Below, in pieces: positions 1 through 12,263 of a stretch of 64,000 nucleotides of DNA; within the stretch, counting starts at the first letter, position 1, and every line of letters starts with the position of its first letter. The DNA is from Octopus bimaculoides (Eukaryota). A model generated the notes under the pieces. The model searched no databases. It was given only the letters and a program-made list of their open reading frames with translations, and was not told where the DNA came from. The position numbers were made by a program, and so were the translations under genes. The DNA lies in assembly GCF_001194135.2 (NCBI RefSeq), contig NC_069001.1:27385852-27449851 (forward strand). Reading direction: 5' to 3'.

Positions 1-249
1 CACACACACGCGTATATATATGCCACGCTGAACAGTTAATAAACATATTCTCAGAACTCAAACGTCATATTTCTACTTATAAATAAACGGCGGTAATTAA
101 ATTGTCAGAAAGCAGAGATACAGTACAATACTGTGTAGTTTCACATTCAGTTAATCTCAACTCACTCCCCACCTCATACACAATCACACACAAACTCACA
201 CACAAACATACATGTATATATTCTCAGAGAATATTTGACTCACTTACTT

Positions 250-930
250 GCCGTTTCATTAATCTACTAGATAAGAATTCTCCGAACTCAAGCATCGCTC
301 TAATGATCTTTGGCTCTATTGGCTAACTCTTGGAGAAGGAATGGGCTGTGGTTGCTTCTTGACCTTCATTGTAACTTAACCTGAATTGTCGATACATAAT
401 TTGTAGAGTTTGTTTTGTACGAATTACGCTCTCTAAAATCACTTTCTTGGAGACATAAATTGTATCACGACAATACATTATATTTCTAAATACTGGTACT
501 AATTTTACACAAAGGATTATATTAGGATATTGTTGTATTTCGGGACGGTCATTATTTTGCCAAATAAATACAAGCACTGTATATTTGTTCTTCATTCGTT
601 TATTACTGCTCATTTGTTTTTTCTATTTCAACTCATGTTCGTTGTCCGGAAATCTTTCGTCATACATCTGGATGTGTAACATCCTATATTAGGATTTTAA
701 AAGTTAATGTCATTTTTCCTTGGCTTTCATTGTTTTTGAGAAATGGGAAATGTGTTTAACAGATTTGATGAATTTCAAGCGTAGAGTAACGGACCAAATA
801 TTACCTGGCCTATGATTTATCTTAACGTCTATCTTTCGTGCTATTGTACGTGGACGAATATTCTGTATCTTGAAGCCTTGTGTAATTCTTTCATTCTTTT
901 ATGTTTTCGATATTTGACTACAGGTTTTAG
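250..930 (-). pseudogene. Decayed exon-like segment with LRR-like motifs; possible 3' part of NLR relic 1
   Basis: Purine-rich minus strand ending in a GTAAGT donor at ~250. Pieces across stops: NIQCLYLFG, YQYLEI*C, KLYKLCIDNSG. Lies downstream of the NACHT relic at 4200-2790 on the same strand. Confidence 0.3.
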
Positions 931-944
931 TTGAAGAAATTGAT

Positions 945-1065
945 CATAGGACTTATTCCTAGTCTCTTTTGGCGAACCGCTAAGTTACGTGGATATAAAT
1001 ACACCAAAATTGGTTGTCAAGCGATGGAATGGAGACAAACACAGACACAAAGACATACTCGCACA
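945..1065. mobile_element. Fragment of abundant octopus-type SINE (gaaccgctaagtt...tggttgtcaagcg family)
   Basis: Similar to longer copies at 35610-35830 and 53898-54100; runs into (AT)n and a gap. Confidence 0.6.
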
Positions 1066-1071
1066 TGTATG

Positions 1072-1114
<43 letters not shown>

Positions 1115-1264
1115 NNNNNNNNNNNNNNNNNNNNNNNNNNNNNNNNNNNNNNNNNNNNNNNNNNNNNNNNNNNNNNNNNNNNNNNNNNNNNNNNNNNNNN
1201 NNNNNNNNNNNNNNNNNNNNNNNNNNNNNNNNNNNNNNNNNNNNNNNNNNNNNNNNNNNNNNNN
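1066..1264. repeat. (AT)n microsatellite plus 150-N assembly gap (1115-1264)
   Basis: Seen directly. Confidence 0.95.
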
Positions 1265-1449
1265 TACCAAGTGTCTTTATTTCATTACATTTGCCATAAA
1301 AGCATAATACAGGTTGAAGCTTGCGGGCTGGACACATACACAATGATAATGATGAAAAGAAAAAAAGAGATGGTTGGTGGGGGAAGCAGCCAACGTCCGC
1401 TGATTGTTACTTCCCGATAACATTGTTCTTTTCTTAAAACACAAATGAG

Positions 1450-2235
1450 GTGTTGAACTTCTTACAACAGTTACACATTGAGGCGCTGAGCCTCTTACCG
1501 CCCCCCCCCCCCACCAAGAAAATGTTCAGCAAATATATTCAACTTGAGGCGCTAAGCCCCTTACCAAAATCACCAACTTCGAATCGAGGCACTCAGATAT
1601 CTTACTCTGCCTCCCCGATCAAGTCTGTTGCCGCCAGCAGGTAAGCCTGGAGTCGCAACTTCCTCCCACCATACGTGGGAAGAAACAAAATCTCTTTGCC
1701 CTCTAAGGGCTGGCTCGCAAACTTGTGAGCCGCCTAAGGGGTGTCAAATAGCAACAACACGGTTGCATACTTGATAAGAGCTAGAGATAAGGATAGCTTT
1801 AGCTGTCCACAGCTTGTTCAGGTGTTCTACACTGACCATACAATGGTTAAGTGTAGGTTGAACTTAGATAGAACATTTAAGAGAGGATCTGGCTACTACA
1901 CTGTGGAAGTGTAGTGCTGAGGGTTAAAGTGGAGGGCAGAATCCCTAGGTGTTACCAATGTGGTCTAAAGGGTCACATTAGGGTTGTCTACCCTTCACCA
2001 TCTGCTGTCAAAAAGGAAAGCGCACCTCCATCTCCACCAGAGACAACACAGAGACAGCATCAAGTGATGTAAGAGACGAAGAAGGATAGTAAAAAGTAGA
2101 AAAGAAAAGAAAATGGAAGACGCAAACTGGCAGTGATCAGTCCTACCCCACGCTCACCCAGCTCCTACCGAAGCCCACTTTGCACGCCCTTTCCCTGCAA
2201 CCATCTGTCCTCTCCTTACCCGGCTTGCATTCACT
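1450..2235 (+). mobile_element. Scrambled L1/Tx1-type LINE fragments (APE endonuclease end plus ORF1 zinc knuckle)
   Basis: 1768-1896 reads YLIRARDKDSFSCPQLVQVFYTDHTMVKCRLNLDRTFKRGSGY (xDH...RGxGYW-type end of APE). 1950-1991 reads CYQCGLKGHIRVVY (CX2CX4HX4C with last C changed to Y). Confidence 0.75.
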
Positions 2236-2689
2236 CACTGATGTCCAAAAACTTCCAACCCCCATTCCCGTAAAATAAAAAAAGAAAACAAAGTAACAAA
2301 ATTATTAATTTTTTTATGAACTAACGAATAAACAACCAAGAGTTTGGAAAGTACGAGATTGGTAAAAATCTTTGGAATGCAATCCGCACGCATTTGGGAT
2401 CTGCTATAATCAATACAAATGATAAAAAAGAAATTTGAGAAGTTCGAGGACAAAGTGAAATACGTTGAAATAAAAATGGACAAAAATGAAATACCATACA
2501 TGATAAGTGCTGAAAATTTAAAATCAGACTTTAATATTAACTTTTTCGATTATTTTAAAAAGTAACCAAAAGTGAAATGATGGATGTGGAACCGAGCGTC
2601 ATCATTACATCTCTCATTTTTCCATTTTACCCTTTAATCCGTTTTCATCTACTCACGTTTTTATTGTCTTGTATTGACCCCTCTTTATG

Positions 2690-2790
2690 TCGCCCCTTGT
2701 GGGTAATATGGAATGTAGAATCGTTAGCACACCATGAAAAATGTTCAGCAGTATTCCACCCGCCTTTATTTCAAATCCCACTGAGGTTTA
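2690..2790 (-). mobile_element. SINE fragment (gaatcgttagcac family)
   Basis: Contains gaatcgttagcacaccatgaaaaatgttcagc, shared with many copies in the window. Confidence 0.55.
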
Positions 2791-4200
2791 TTTCATCCTT
2801 TATTATTCAATAATACCATATTATTGTAGACATATATAACAAGCCTAACATCAAATGAGAAATGTTTGTCAAAAGGTAAATCATTATAGGAAAGTGACCT
2901 AGCATTGGTGATATATGAAGTGATGTTAGTATATTAGAGAGGAAATTGCTGATATAATTATTCATATTTATTGCCAATTTGAAGTATTGTTCACCCATGG
3001 AACACAATTGGAGAAATATTTCCCTGTTCATGAGACAATATAAGAAAACCGTGGGTACGTTAGTGATACTTCCCTTTTTGTAACGGTTGGTAAGTTGTTT
3101 GATAGTTTTTTGATAAAAGATTTATTCCGCCTTTGTTACTGTGTCAACATGCGTCCCATGCTTTTTGAAACAGTACATACAGAACACTTTGTTTAAGACA
3201 GTGTTTGAAGAGGAACACGTAAAAGCAAACACATATGAAAGCTCATCATAAAAAAAACCCCTGCTTAGGTATACATTCTCTTTACCTATTTCTATAACCA
3301 AACAGCATATCTCAGTTGATTGGGGAGCTGCATGATAGGGTTTTCTGATATTCCTGCTCTCTGTAAAACCCATGCATTTGTTGCAATATATATTTTCGTT
3401 TCCCAATTCAAGCAAGCTCGTTCTTCTAACTTTGGAAGCAAACCAACTACTTAAGAAGTAGGCCACTGCTGATTGGAATCACCACAATATACCGAATAGG
3501 TATATGCTTTCACCCATTATCAAAACATTCGGTTTAGCTCAGAAAATATGAGAGTCTATGGTAAAACAATGGATTCTGATTCTGAATTGTAAATATATGT
3601 AAAATATTGTCAAAAAATATAACTAACAACTCGTAAATATCATGAACCAAAACCGAAAACTTTTCATTTTAAGATAAAATTAGTAATGGGCAAATATGAC
3701 ACACCAAGTGTAGCACAAGCTTAAATAAAATTGTGTCTTTAGCTGCATCATAAACAACATAATAAATTGTTTACTCACGCACGTAAAATGCAAATATGTA
3801 TGTTTCAGGGATCCAGCCGCTGAGTGAGATGAATAATAATAGATCTGTGTCTATAACGCTACAGTTTGCCTCACTCGTTTCGTATTATCTTATATACACT
3901 TGAAGCTACATCCTCCGAGAATGTTATACTACGTCCAAGTCGATAAACGCATTTTAATCACTTGAATGCTAGAAAAACAGAGAGTTGCTTCTTCAATACA
4001 TTACAACTCTACTGGGAAAGGCTAAATACTATAAAGCAATATAAAGTAATAATTTTAAATTGGCTACTAGTTATTGAACACATGTCGTTTATATTATACG
4101 AAAGAACGTTTAGCCTATTAAAAGAAAATCAATCTTTAGTTTACTATAATTCACCTACCTCATTTCTACGCTACATAGTATTCAGTATTCCTGTGGTTTT
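2790..4200 (-). pseudogene. NLR-like relic 1: decayed NACHT, HD1, WH and HD2 region
   Basis: Motifs in NACHT order across stops and frameshifts: SVYKIIRNE / CSVI (3863-3852), VCHICPLL (3704-3681), DIYELLV (3641-3621), LIFSE (3552-3538), VGLLPK (3447-3430), YVFAFTC (3235-3215), FLYCLM (~3047-3030). Track ORFs 3122-3466 and 2807-3031 share one frame. No Walker A recovered. Confidence 0.5.
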
Positions 4201-5614
4201 AAGGTTATTTATGTTATTTTCTGATTCTGTCACCACTGACATTACTGTCTGTCAATAGTAATAAAGCTATAAGTTTGTTGTATTTGTTAGTGTTGTTGTT
4301 GTACGAACAATTTAATCATTAAGCAAGGGTTATCGCTTCAATTCAATAAATCAACTGAGACTTCCTACTTCATTTCACATCATTGTGTAAATTTCTAATT
4401 CTGATTAAAATATTTTTGTTTCTTTTCACCCATGATTTACTTAAGTATAACTTTGTTGATTTGATTATTTCCCCATTTCAAATGGCATTTAACTATTTAA
4501 AAATGCTGTCCATACATCTAAAATATATATAATCAAACCAAATGTTGTTGTTTTGACTATCTATTAAATGACTTCATTTATATTCATTATATGAGTTAAA
4601 AGTTTTTTTTTTATGTTTGAAATAAAATTCAAATACTGCAATTCAGTTTCCATAAGATAAAACCAAACATTGGAAAAATAAAAATGGCAAAAAAAAAAAA
4701 AAACAACAACATTTATATATAATTAAAAAAAAAAACTAACAAACATGACCTTTGATTTCAAAACAACAAAATGCAAAACAACAGACAAACAATGGTTCCA
4801 GTATATGTTATGTATTCATAAACATTATAAAGTAAATAAATAAATAGGCAATACAAAATAAATGAATCTGGTTAAACTGTGATAAAATTGATAATCAATT
4901 CAGTGTTAATAACTTTAACGATTTTTTTCTTCGGTTATTCCAATTTATTTCAGTTGATGGTTATCTCTATATTGGCTTCATGTTTATTATTATTAGTATG
5001 AAGGCGGTGGAGCAACAAATTTATTAGATTGTTGGACAATATACAAAATGGTATTTAGTAACTACCTTTTAACTGCTGAGATCAAATCGTTCCCAGGTCA
5101 AACTTTTCTTTCATTCTTTAAGGGCATGTAAAATATATATACCCTAATCAAATAATACAGTGATTTTCATCGAGGATAACCACTTTTTAATTTTCCAGTT
5201 GTGTATTATAAATTATTTGGGTGGTGGTTTGATCGATTGTTTATGGTATTTAGTTCCAAGTTTTTACATTAGGAGTTCAAATCCCATCAAAGTTAGTTTT
5301 CCTCTCATTTCTCCAATAGACAAATAATATTGTCAGTTTTATCGAATATATACCCACCCTTCCTCGCTAAGACAAAAACGTTGGGGAATTTTGCTTGCGT
5401 TAGTAACGGATTTTGTAAATAAGGTGGTGAAGCGACATATTGCTTGCCGTATGAGACTAATGCATTGTGGTAATTAGTCACTGCATCTTACAGTTCACAT
5501 CCCACAGTGGACAACATTAGCCTTCTACCGTCAATGGTCAGTAAAATATATTGTTACATAACAGAGTCACTGTAATCAATATCTACTTCTTCCTGAATTT
5601 GCAACCATGGGCCC

Positions 5615-5820
5615 ATATTAGAAATCATTATAAATACTATTAGAGCATTTAATTAACAATTTTATTAAAGTGCTAGTCTTAATGTCTTAGAGTAGTCGCA
5701 TCTATTTACATTTTGCTTAAGAAACAGTGCGCCAATAAACTTTGCCGCTCATACCTCCGGGTACATTAAATAAATTAACAGCCACGTATTCGAGTCGAAT
5801 TAATCAACTGACACCTCCAT
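5615..5820 (+). repeat. Dispersed ~200-bp repeat, copy 1
   Basis: attagagcatttaattaacaa...ttaatgtcttagagtag...ttcgagtcg...aatcaac-gacacctcc recurs at 8190-8400. Confidence 0.8.
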
Positions 5821-6094
5821 CCAAATTTCTGGCGTGGTTCTGATTTTGGGAATTCTTATAATTAATATTTGAGTGATGATTTGATTAATTCTCTGAGTGT
5901 CTGTTTAAATATATTCTGAAAGTGAGTTGCAGAGATAAACTTTTGTAATGTTCCTGGGTCCACAAAATAAAATATCAGTCAAGCGTTATGTTCGATTTCA
6001 TGAAAACAACAAAACGAAAAGCAAAACCTTACCTGAATTCCGGCTATGCTTCTCTGTTAAGGATTACTGCATATAATATTAAAGCTGTGGATAA

Positions 6095-6724
6095 GGCGGT
6101 GAGCTGGAAGAATATTTTACAGCACCGGGCGTAATGTTTGATTGTGTTGTTTGTTGGCACTCCGTCGCTTACGACGTCGAGAGTTCCAGTTTATCCGATC
6201 AACGGAACAGCCTGCTCGTGAAATGAACGTGCAAGTGACTGAGCACCCACAGACACGTGTACCCTTAACGTAGTTCTCGGGGGCTATTCAGCGTGACACA
6301 GAGTGTGACAAGGCTGGCCCTTTGAATTACAGGTACAACAGAAAGAGGAAGTAAGAGTGAGAGAAAGTTGTGGTGAAAGAGTACAGCAGGGTTCACCACC
6401 ATCCTCTGCCGGAGCCTCGTGGAACTTTAGGTGTTTTCGCTCAATAAACACTCGCAATGCCCGGTCAGGGAATCGAAACCGCGATCCTATGAATTGGAGT
6501 CCGCTGCCCTAACCATTGGGCCATTGCGCCTCGACTTAGCGTAATACTTAGTAGCATTCCGTCTGTCTTTTCTTTCTAAATTCAAATGCAGCAGAAGTCG
6601 ACATTACCTTTTATCCTTTCGGGGTCGATAAAATAAACACTAGTTGAACATCGAGGTCGATATATCGACTTACACCCTTCCCAAAATAATGGGGGTTGGT
6701 TGTGTCAAAATTTGAAACCAATAT
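6095..6724 (+). mobile_element. SINE (ggcggtgagctgg...gtcgataaaataa family) split by a younger SINE
   Basis: Head at 6095-6140, body resumes at ~6535; gcgtaat occurs on both sides of the insert. Confidence 0.7.
6145..6532 (-). mobile_element. Full-length tRNA-derived SINE (octopus OR-like family)
   Basis: tRNA-like head with A/B boxes at the right end and a (caa)n-like tail; aligns with copies at 8502-8861 and 61530-61899. Confidence 0.85.
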
Positions 6725-6949
6725 TAAAGGACTGGCAACATTTCTTACGGCTCTTTGCACTCTGAATTAAAATTTCCTCGAGTTCAACTTTGCCCTTTTA
6801 ACCTTTCGGAATCGATAAGATAAATTACCAGTCAAGTACTGGAGACAAGGTAAGCGAGTAAATCCATCCTCTAGAACTGCTCGTCTTGTGACAAAATTAG
6901 AGAAACTGTTTGAGCAATAGAGTGGCACATCCGTTAGAGTGCCGGACTA

Positions 6950-7690
6950 GGATCCTTCTGAATTGGCGGACACTATTTGTTTTCTAACGAAACACTTTCA
7001 AACATGGGATACTGGTAGAATATGTCATATAAAACATCTTTTTCTCTTAGTCTTGTTAAGAAAAGTTTCTATATTCCAAGTTATTCCATGTTAAAAGTTG
7101 TCGTATTTCGGTAATTTCAACCAATCACTGACGTCTATTGCGATGAAAACAATTACTGCTGTGGTTTGTCAACAACACGTTCTGGCGGTGTAATGGGATC
7201 TTTTCCCTTGAATAAAATTAGTGTCGTTGTTTCTCAACACCAATTATCGGCGGTACTGTTATTTATGACATCGTTCGTGCGTTTTTACTGGTTTTAGCTT
7301 TGGGGATTTAGAGTTAGGTTCGGGTTTTACAGTTAGGGTTAGGGTTTAAGGGTCAGGGCTAGGGTTTTAGGGTTAGTGATAGGGGGTTAGGATTAGTGCA
7401 TAACTGGTGCTTAATTCAAAAGGATTACCAGGGACTAACGATATATACACCGCCACAGATTATTATTGACAAAGAACAGCAGTAACTGTAATCAGCTGAA
7501 TAGACGTCAGTGATTGGTTGAAATTACCAAAATACGACAATTTTTAACATGAAATAACTTCGAATATAAACATTTTTCTCTGTTCTATAAGACAAAATAA
7601 AAAAGTATACGAAGTTTTAAAGTGTTTCGGTAGAAAACACACTAAATAAAAACTAAATAAAAAATGGTGTCCACCTAATCAGAAAAGTCC
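6950..7690. mobile_element. Non-autonomous TIR element (Merlin-like MITE) with central degenerate (TTAGGG)n
   Basis: 8-bp direct repeat CCGGACTA at 6942-6949 and 7691-7698. Both ends start GGA. Long imperfect TIRs; inner block 7087-7139 matches 7499-7551 with 2 mismatches in 53 nt. Telomere-like tract at ~7300-7395. Confidence 0.75.
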
Positions 7691-8189
7691 CCGGACTAAA
7701 TAACTTGTGATAATGGCTCGAATCTACATCGGTGTTCAAATACTACGGAATTGAACTGCAGAAATATCTTAATACAAAATGTTATCCATTCTAACGGGGT
7801 TGATAAAATAAATCTGCGATCATGTATTTGAATCGATCCAATCAAATAACCTGCACAACGTATAATTTTGGGGTTCGTTCATATTTTCAGAAAAAGCCTA
7901 CTCTAAATACTTGTGCAGTGGAAGCGGAAAAATGTGTGTGGGGGGGGGGGATCATAAGCGCATGGAACAAATTACTCAGAAGAAATTCTTCCTGTTGTTT
8001 ACGTTCTGATTTCTTATAGTTTCAAGGTAAAATTTGCTTTCACATCTTTCTCGTGTCAACAAAACAAAATACCTGTCACTTAATGTGTCTATGTAATTGA
8101 CTCGACCCTTCTCCTCAAAACTGCTGATATCCTGCCAAAATTTGAAGCTCATTATTAGAGAAGTAGATCCACAAATTAGTTATGTCCCA

Positions 8190-8400
8190 ATATTAGACAT
8201 CACTGTAAATATTATTAGAGCATTTAATTAACAAATTTAATAAAGCGTTGGATTTAATGTCTTAGAGTAGTTACTTGCCTCAATCTACATTCTGCTTTCA
8301 AACAATGCGGTGATAAACGTTGACGCTTATACTATGCTTCCGGGAACGTATATTAAATTAACAGACGTGCATTCGAGTCGTTTAATCAACCGACACCTCC
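8190..8400 (+). repeat. Dispersed ~200-bp repeat, copy 2
   Basis: Diverged copy of 5615-5820. Confidence 0.8.
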
Positions 8401-8501
8401 CTCCCTCTACATTCTGAGTTCAAATCCCATCAAGAACAACTTTGACTCATCGTTCCAGAGTCCTTGATATGAAGTATCTACTTAATGTAAAATATGTACT
8501 G

Positions 8502-8861
8502 GAGGCGAAATGGCCCAGTGGTTAGGGTAGTGGATTCGCGGTCATAGGATCGCGGTTTCGATTCCCAGACCGGGCGTTGTGAGTGTTTATTGAGCGAAAA
8601 CAACTAAAGCTCCACGAGGCTGTACTCTTTCGCCACAACTTTCTCTCACTCTTTCTTCCTGTTTCTGTTGTACCTGTAACTAAACGGTCCAGCCTTGTCA
8701 CACTGTGTCACACTGAATATCCCCGAGAACTACGTTAAGGGTACACGTGTCTGTGGAGTGCTCAGCCACTTGCACGTTAATTTCACGAGCAGGCTGTTCT
8801 GTTGATCGGATAAACTGGAACCCTCGACGTCGTAAGCGACGGAGTGCCAACAACAACAAAC
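8502..8861 (+). mobile_element. tRNA-derived SINE with TSD and internal deletion
   Basis: TSD TATGTACTG at 8493-8501 and 8862-8870; tRNA-like head; (caa)n tail; lacks a 28-nt block present in the 6145 copy. Confidence 0.9.
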
Positions 8862-9984
8862 TATGTACTGCAGTTGATTTTAACTACTTACCCTACCCTT
8901 TAACCTTTTGGCTTTGTTCCAATATTATGGGGTAAGTGTATGGCTGTTGTTGTTCTTATTATGATACTTTCTTCTACTGATTCTGATGTTTTTATGCCGA
9001 TTGATGTTAGTGACGGCTGTTAATGATGATGATGATGAAGCTTGTTGTTTGTGATGATATCTCTTCTATCTTTTGTAGTTGTTATTTATGGACATTTACG
9101 TCATTGATTGTAATCAAACAAACTTAAATTATCTTTAGCGTAAGTCAAATGAAATTGTTCAAATTAATCTTGCCAACGGAAGCGCAACGTCCCAAAAGTA
9201 ATCATTAAGTGTATATTGCTAATATATTTTTTCTTTATTATTTTTTTTTCTTTTTGTATTAATTATAGTTATTATTTATAAACTTATTTGTGCTTGCTCT
9301 GATATATTATCTTGGACCTTATCTGGCACCAAACATGAGATTTTTATAAGTTTCGCTTTTGAAAACTCCAATAAATTTTGCGATTTAAATATTAAAATAT
9401 AAAATAAATTAAAACTCGATATTTTGACTTCAAGTTCTTTGAGGTCAGTCTTGAAATATTTCAGTCTGTAGTAACACTTATGGTCAAATGGTAATTTTCA
9501 TGACTCACATTTATACATTTTGTGCTTAAGTATTAAATATAGTTTATATAAATGAACTCTAATAATAGTCCATGCATACGCGCATATACATGCATACGCG
9601 CACAAACACTCATGTAAGCCCTTCTCCCATGAACGTAAACATATATGGATATAAAGGAGAAGAAAGTACTGAATATAGCAGTATTTAATTAATTTTATAT
9701 GCCTAAACTCAGGCAACAATGTTAAGATATTGTTACGAACGAACAATTTTATTCAGATAATTTCTCGTTCGTACCACGTGAATTGGAACACCGCTGTCTA
9801 GTTTTGCAAGCGAGCACGAAAAAAAAAGAAACATTTGTGGTCACGTGACTGTTTGAAGCGTAGGCGGTATGATTTTGGCGTGTTTTTCTTTAATGTTTGG
9901 GCGAACTATAAAAACTACTTGTTAACAGAGTCAGTTCTGCCGGTAGACAATGTGAAAAAGCAGCGACGCTGGTTCGAATCTGGT

Positions 9985-10530
9985 TTTAAGGCGGTGAACT
10001 AGCGGAATCGTTAGCACATCATATAAAATGCTTAGCGGCATTTCGCCTGTCTTTTCGTTTTGACCGCGCATTCCACCGACGTTGTGTTTGCTTTACATCC
10101 TTCCGGGTTACATAAAACAAAGGCCAACCAAATAATGGGGGCCATATAACAGGCTTCACCTTCTCCTCAAATACTCTCGGCTCTGTGACAAGGTTTGAAA
10201 CCTTTAGTAATGTAATAAATGCGACAAGCTGCCTGGATCTTTAGCATGTCGAACAAAATGCATAGCTGCATTTCATCCGTCTTTACGTTCTGCCCCCACA
10301 TTCCGCCGACGTTGATTTTCATCCTCTCGCAGTTGATAACATAAGTACCAGTCAGGTACTGTGGTCAATATAACCGACGTCCCCTTTCCCTCGACAATTA
10401 CTGGCTCTACGCCAAAATGTGAAAGCATTATTTTTGTACTAAATACAGTGCGCTGTTAGGATCGTTAGCATTCCGGACAAAATGCTGAGCGGATTTTCGT
10501 CCGTCTTTAAACTTTGAACTAACATTTCGA
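9985..10530 (+). mobile_element. Cluster of about three degenerate SINE copies (gaatcgttagcac family)
   Basis: Repeated gttagca...aaaatgc...gcatttc...cgtcttt...cattcc(g/a)ccgacgt modules at ~9985, ~10240 and ~10460. Confidence 0.7.
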
Positions 10531-10944
10531 GGTGATCTCTCCCCGTTTTCTTTTCAGTACGAATATAATAAGTACAAGTGAAGTACTGGAATCCATGCGA
10601 TCGTTTCCCCCCTCCCTTCAAAAACTTTTGGCTCTGTGCCAATAAATGGAAACCATTGTTTTATTCTAGGGTTATTCACTATATTTCATATGTATTTTTC
10701 GCTTTTATATGTCTGGATAAAACCTCTTTTATAGAGACCTCTGTTAAAGGACAACCTTGTCTAATATTGTAAAAAGGAAGACATTCAATATGTACAAAAT
10801 CAGATTTAAAATTTTTCCTTTTTTATTGGCCCATATAGTTTTATATATTTTCAATTCTGCTTGTAGAAATGCTATTAAAAGCAATCAATAATATTATTCG
10901 CCATTATTATTGAAGTACAGTTACTATTCACTATTATGAATGAT

Positions 10945-11650
10945 GCTGACGTAGATGATGGTTACGATGCTGATGGGGTTATGGTGGGGATGATGGTGTA
11001 GGCAGCGATGACACCTATGGTATTAAAGATAGCGGTGGTTTTCATGCAGATGGTGATGACGTAGACAACAATGAAAACGATGATGATGATGACGATGAGG
11101 ATAATGTTGGCGATGGTAATAAAGATGATAATGATGATGATGATGTTTGTGAGAGTGCTGATGCTGATACAGATGGCGTCGTTGCGGGTGGTGGTGGTCA
11201 GTTGGGGTGGATGTTTATTATGACTGTCGAGGGTGACGGTCATGGATGGGAACGGTGACGGTGACGACGATGATGATGATGATGATGATGAAGATAGCGA
11301 AGACGACGGCCATATTAGCGATCATAGTATTGACGCTGCTGCTGCTGCTGCTGATGATGATGATGATGTGGATGATGACGACGACGACGACGACGGTAGT
11401 GATTAGTGCAATGATGACAATGATGATGATGATTATTAATTTTGGTGATGTTGATAATGATGATAGCGATAATCATTGTAATGAGGATGACGTTGATGAT
11501 GCTAGTGATGGTGGTGGTGGTGGTGGTGGACGTCGCGAGGAGAGACATAGTGGCATTTAAATTTTATTTGTGTGTATTTGTGAAGAATGTCAAGCAGGAG
11601 GAGGTGGTGAAGGAGGAGGTGAAGGAGTAGTAGTAGGAGTAGATTAGTAG
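10945..11650. repeat. Compound trinucleotide low-complexity tract (GAT/GAC/GCT/GGT)n
   Basis: Seen directly; explains the poly-M/T/H ORFs in the track. Confidence 0.9.
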
Positions 11651-12084
11651 TAAGGGTTATATGAAATAAAATGAAAAACACTAAATAAATATGGACCGTT
11701 GTTGAATTCACTTCATTGCTTTTAGACACATATGAAGAAATTAATAGTTATTGCGAATGAGGGAAAACAAGAAGCATTCAAATGTATATAAAGAAAATAT
11801 ATTTCTGGAGCCGCATTCTGACACCTTTTAAGGCGCAGATTTGATTAGTATTTCTTTTTAAAAATCTTTTGTACTAAATAACGTAAGCTTTTAACTGTTG
11901 TTAATGGCAAAATAGTGTTTTTGAGACAATCATATGGGAACGGCCGCTTTATTTACTGCTCGTATTTCATTTGCAAGAGCCTGAAAGAAATATTTCTCCC
12001 TGAAGTATCGCTTCTTTTATACTTTTGAATCTATTAAATAACGAAGCCATATTTAGACACACTCACACTCTTGGGCGCGCACAT

Positions 12085-12227
12085 GTCTGTATGTATATAC
12101 ATATGCACATACACATATATGCATAAATACATGAATTCATACATACGTACATATATACATTTATACATATATACATACGCATATATGTACATACGCACAT
12201 GCATATATCCATGAATTCATACATACG

Positions 12228-12263
<36 letters not shown>

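Noticed and set aside
8504-8576. tRNA gene
   Set aside because: It is the tRNA-derived head of a SINE, continuous with the SINE body, tail and TSD; the same applies at ~6460-6532 and ~61830-61899.
10962-11729. Poly-M/T/H/I ORFs
   Set aside because: Translations of trinucleotide low-complexity DNA.
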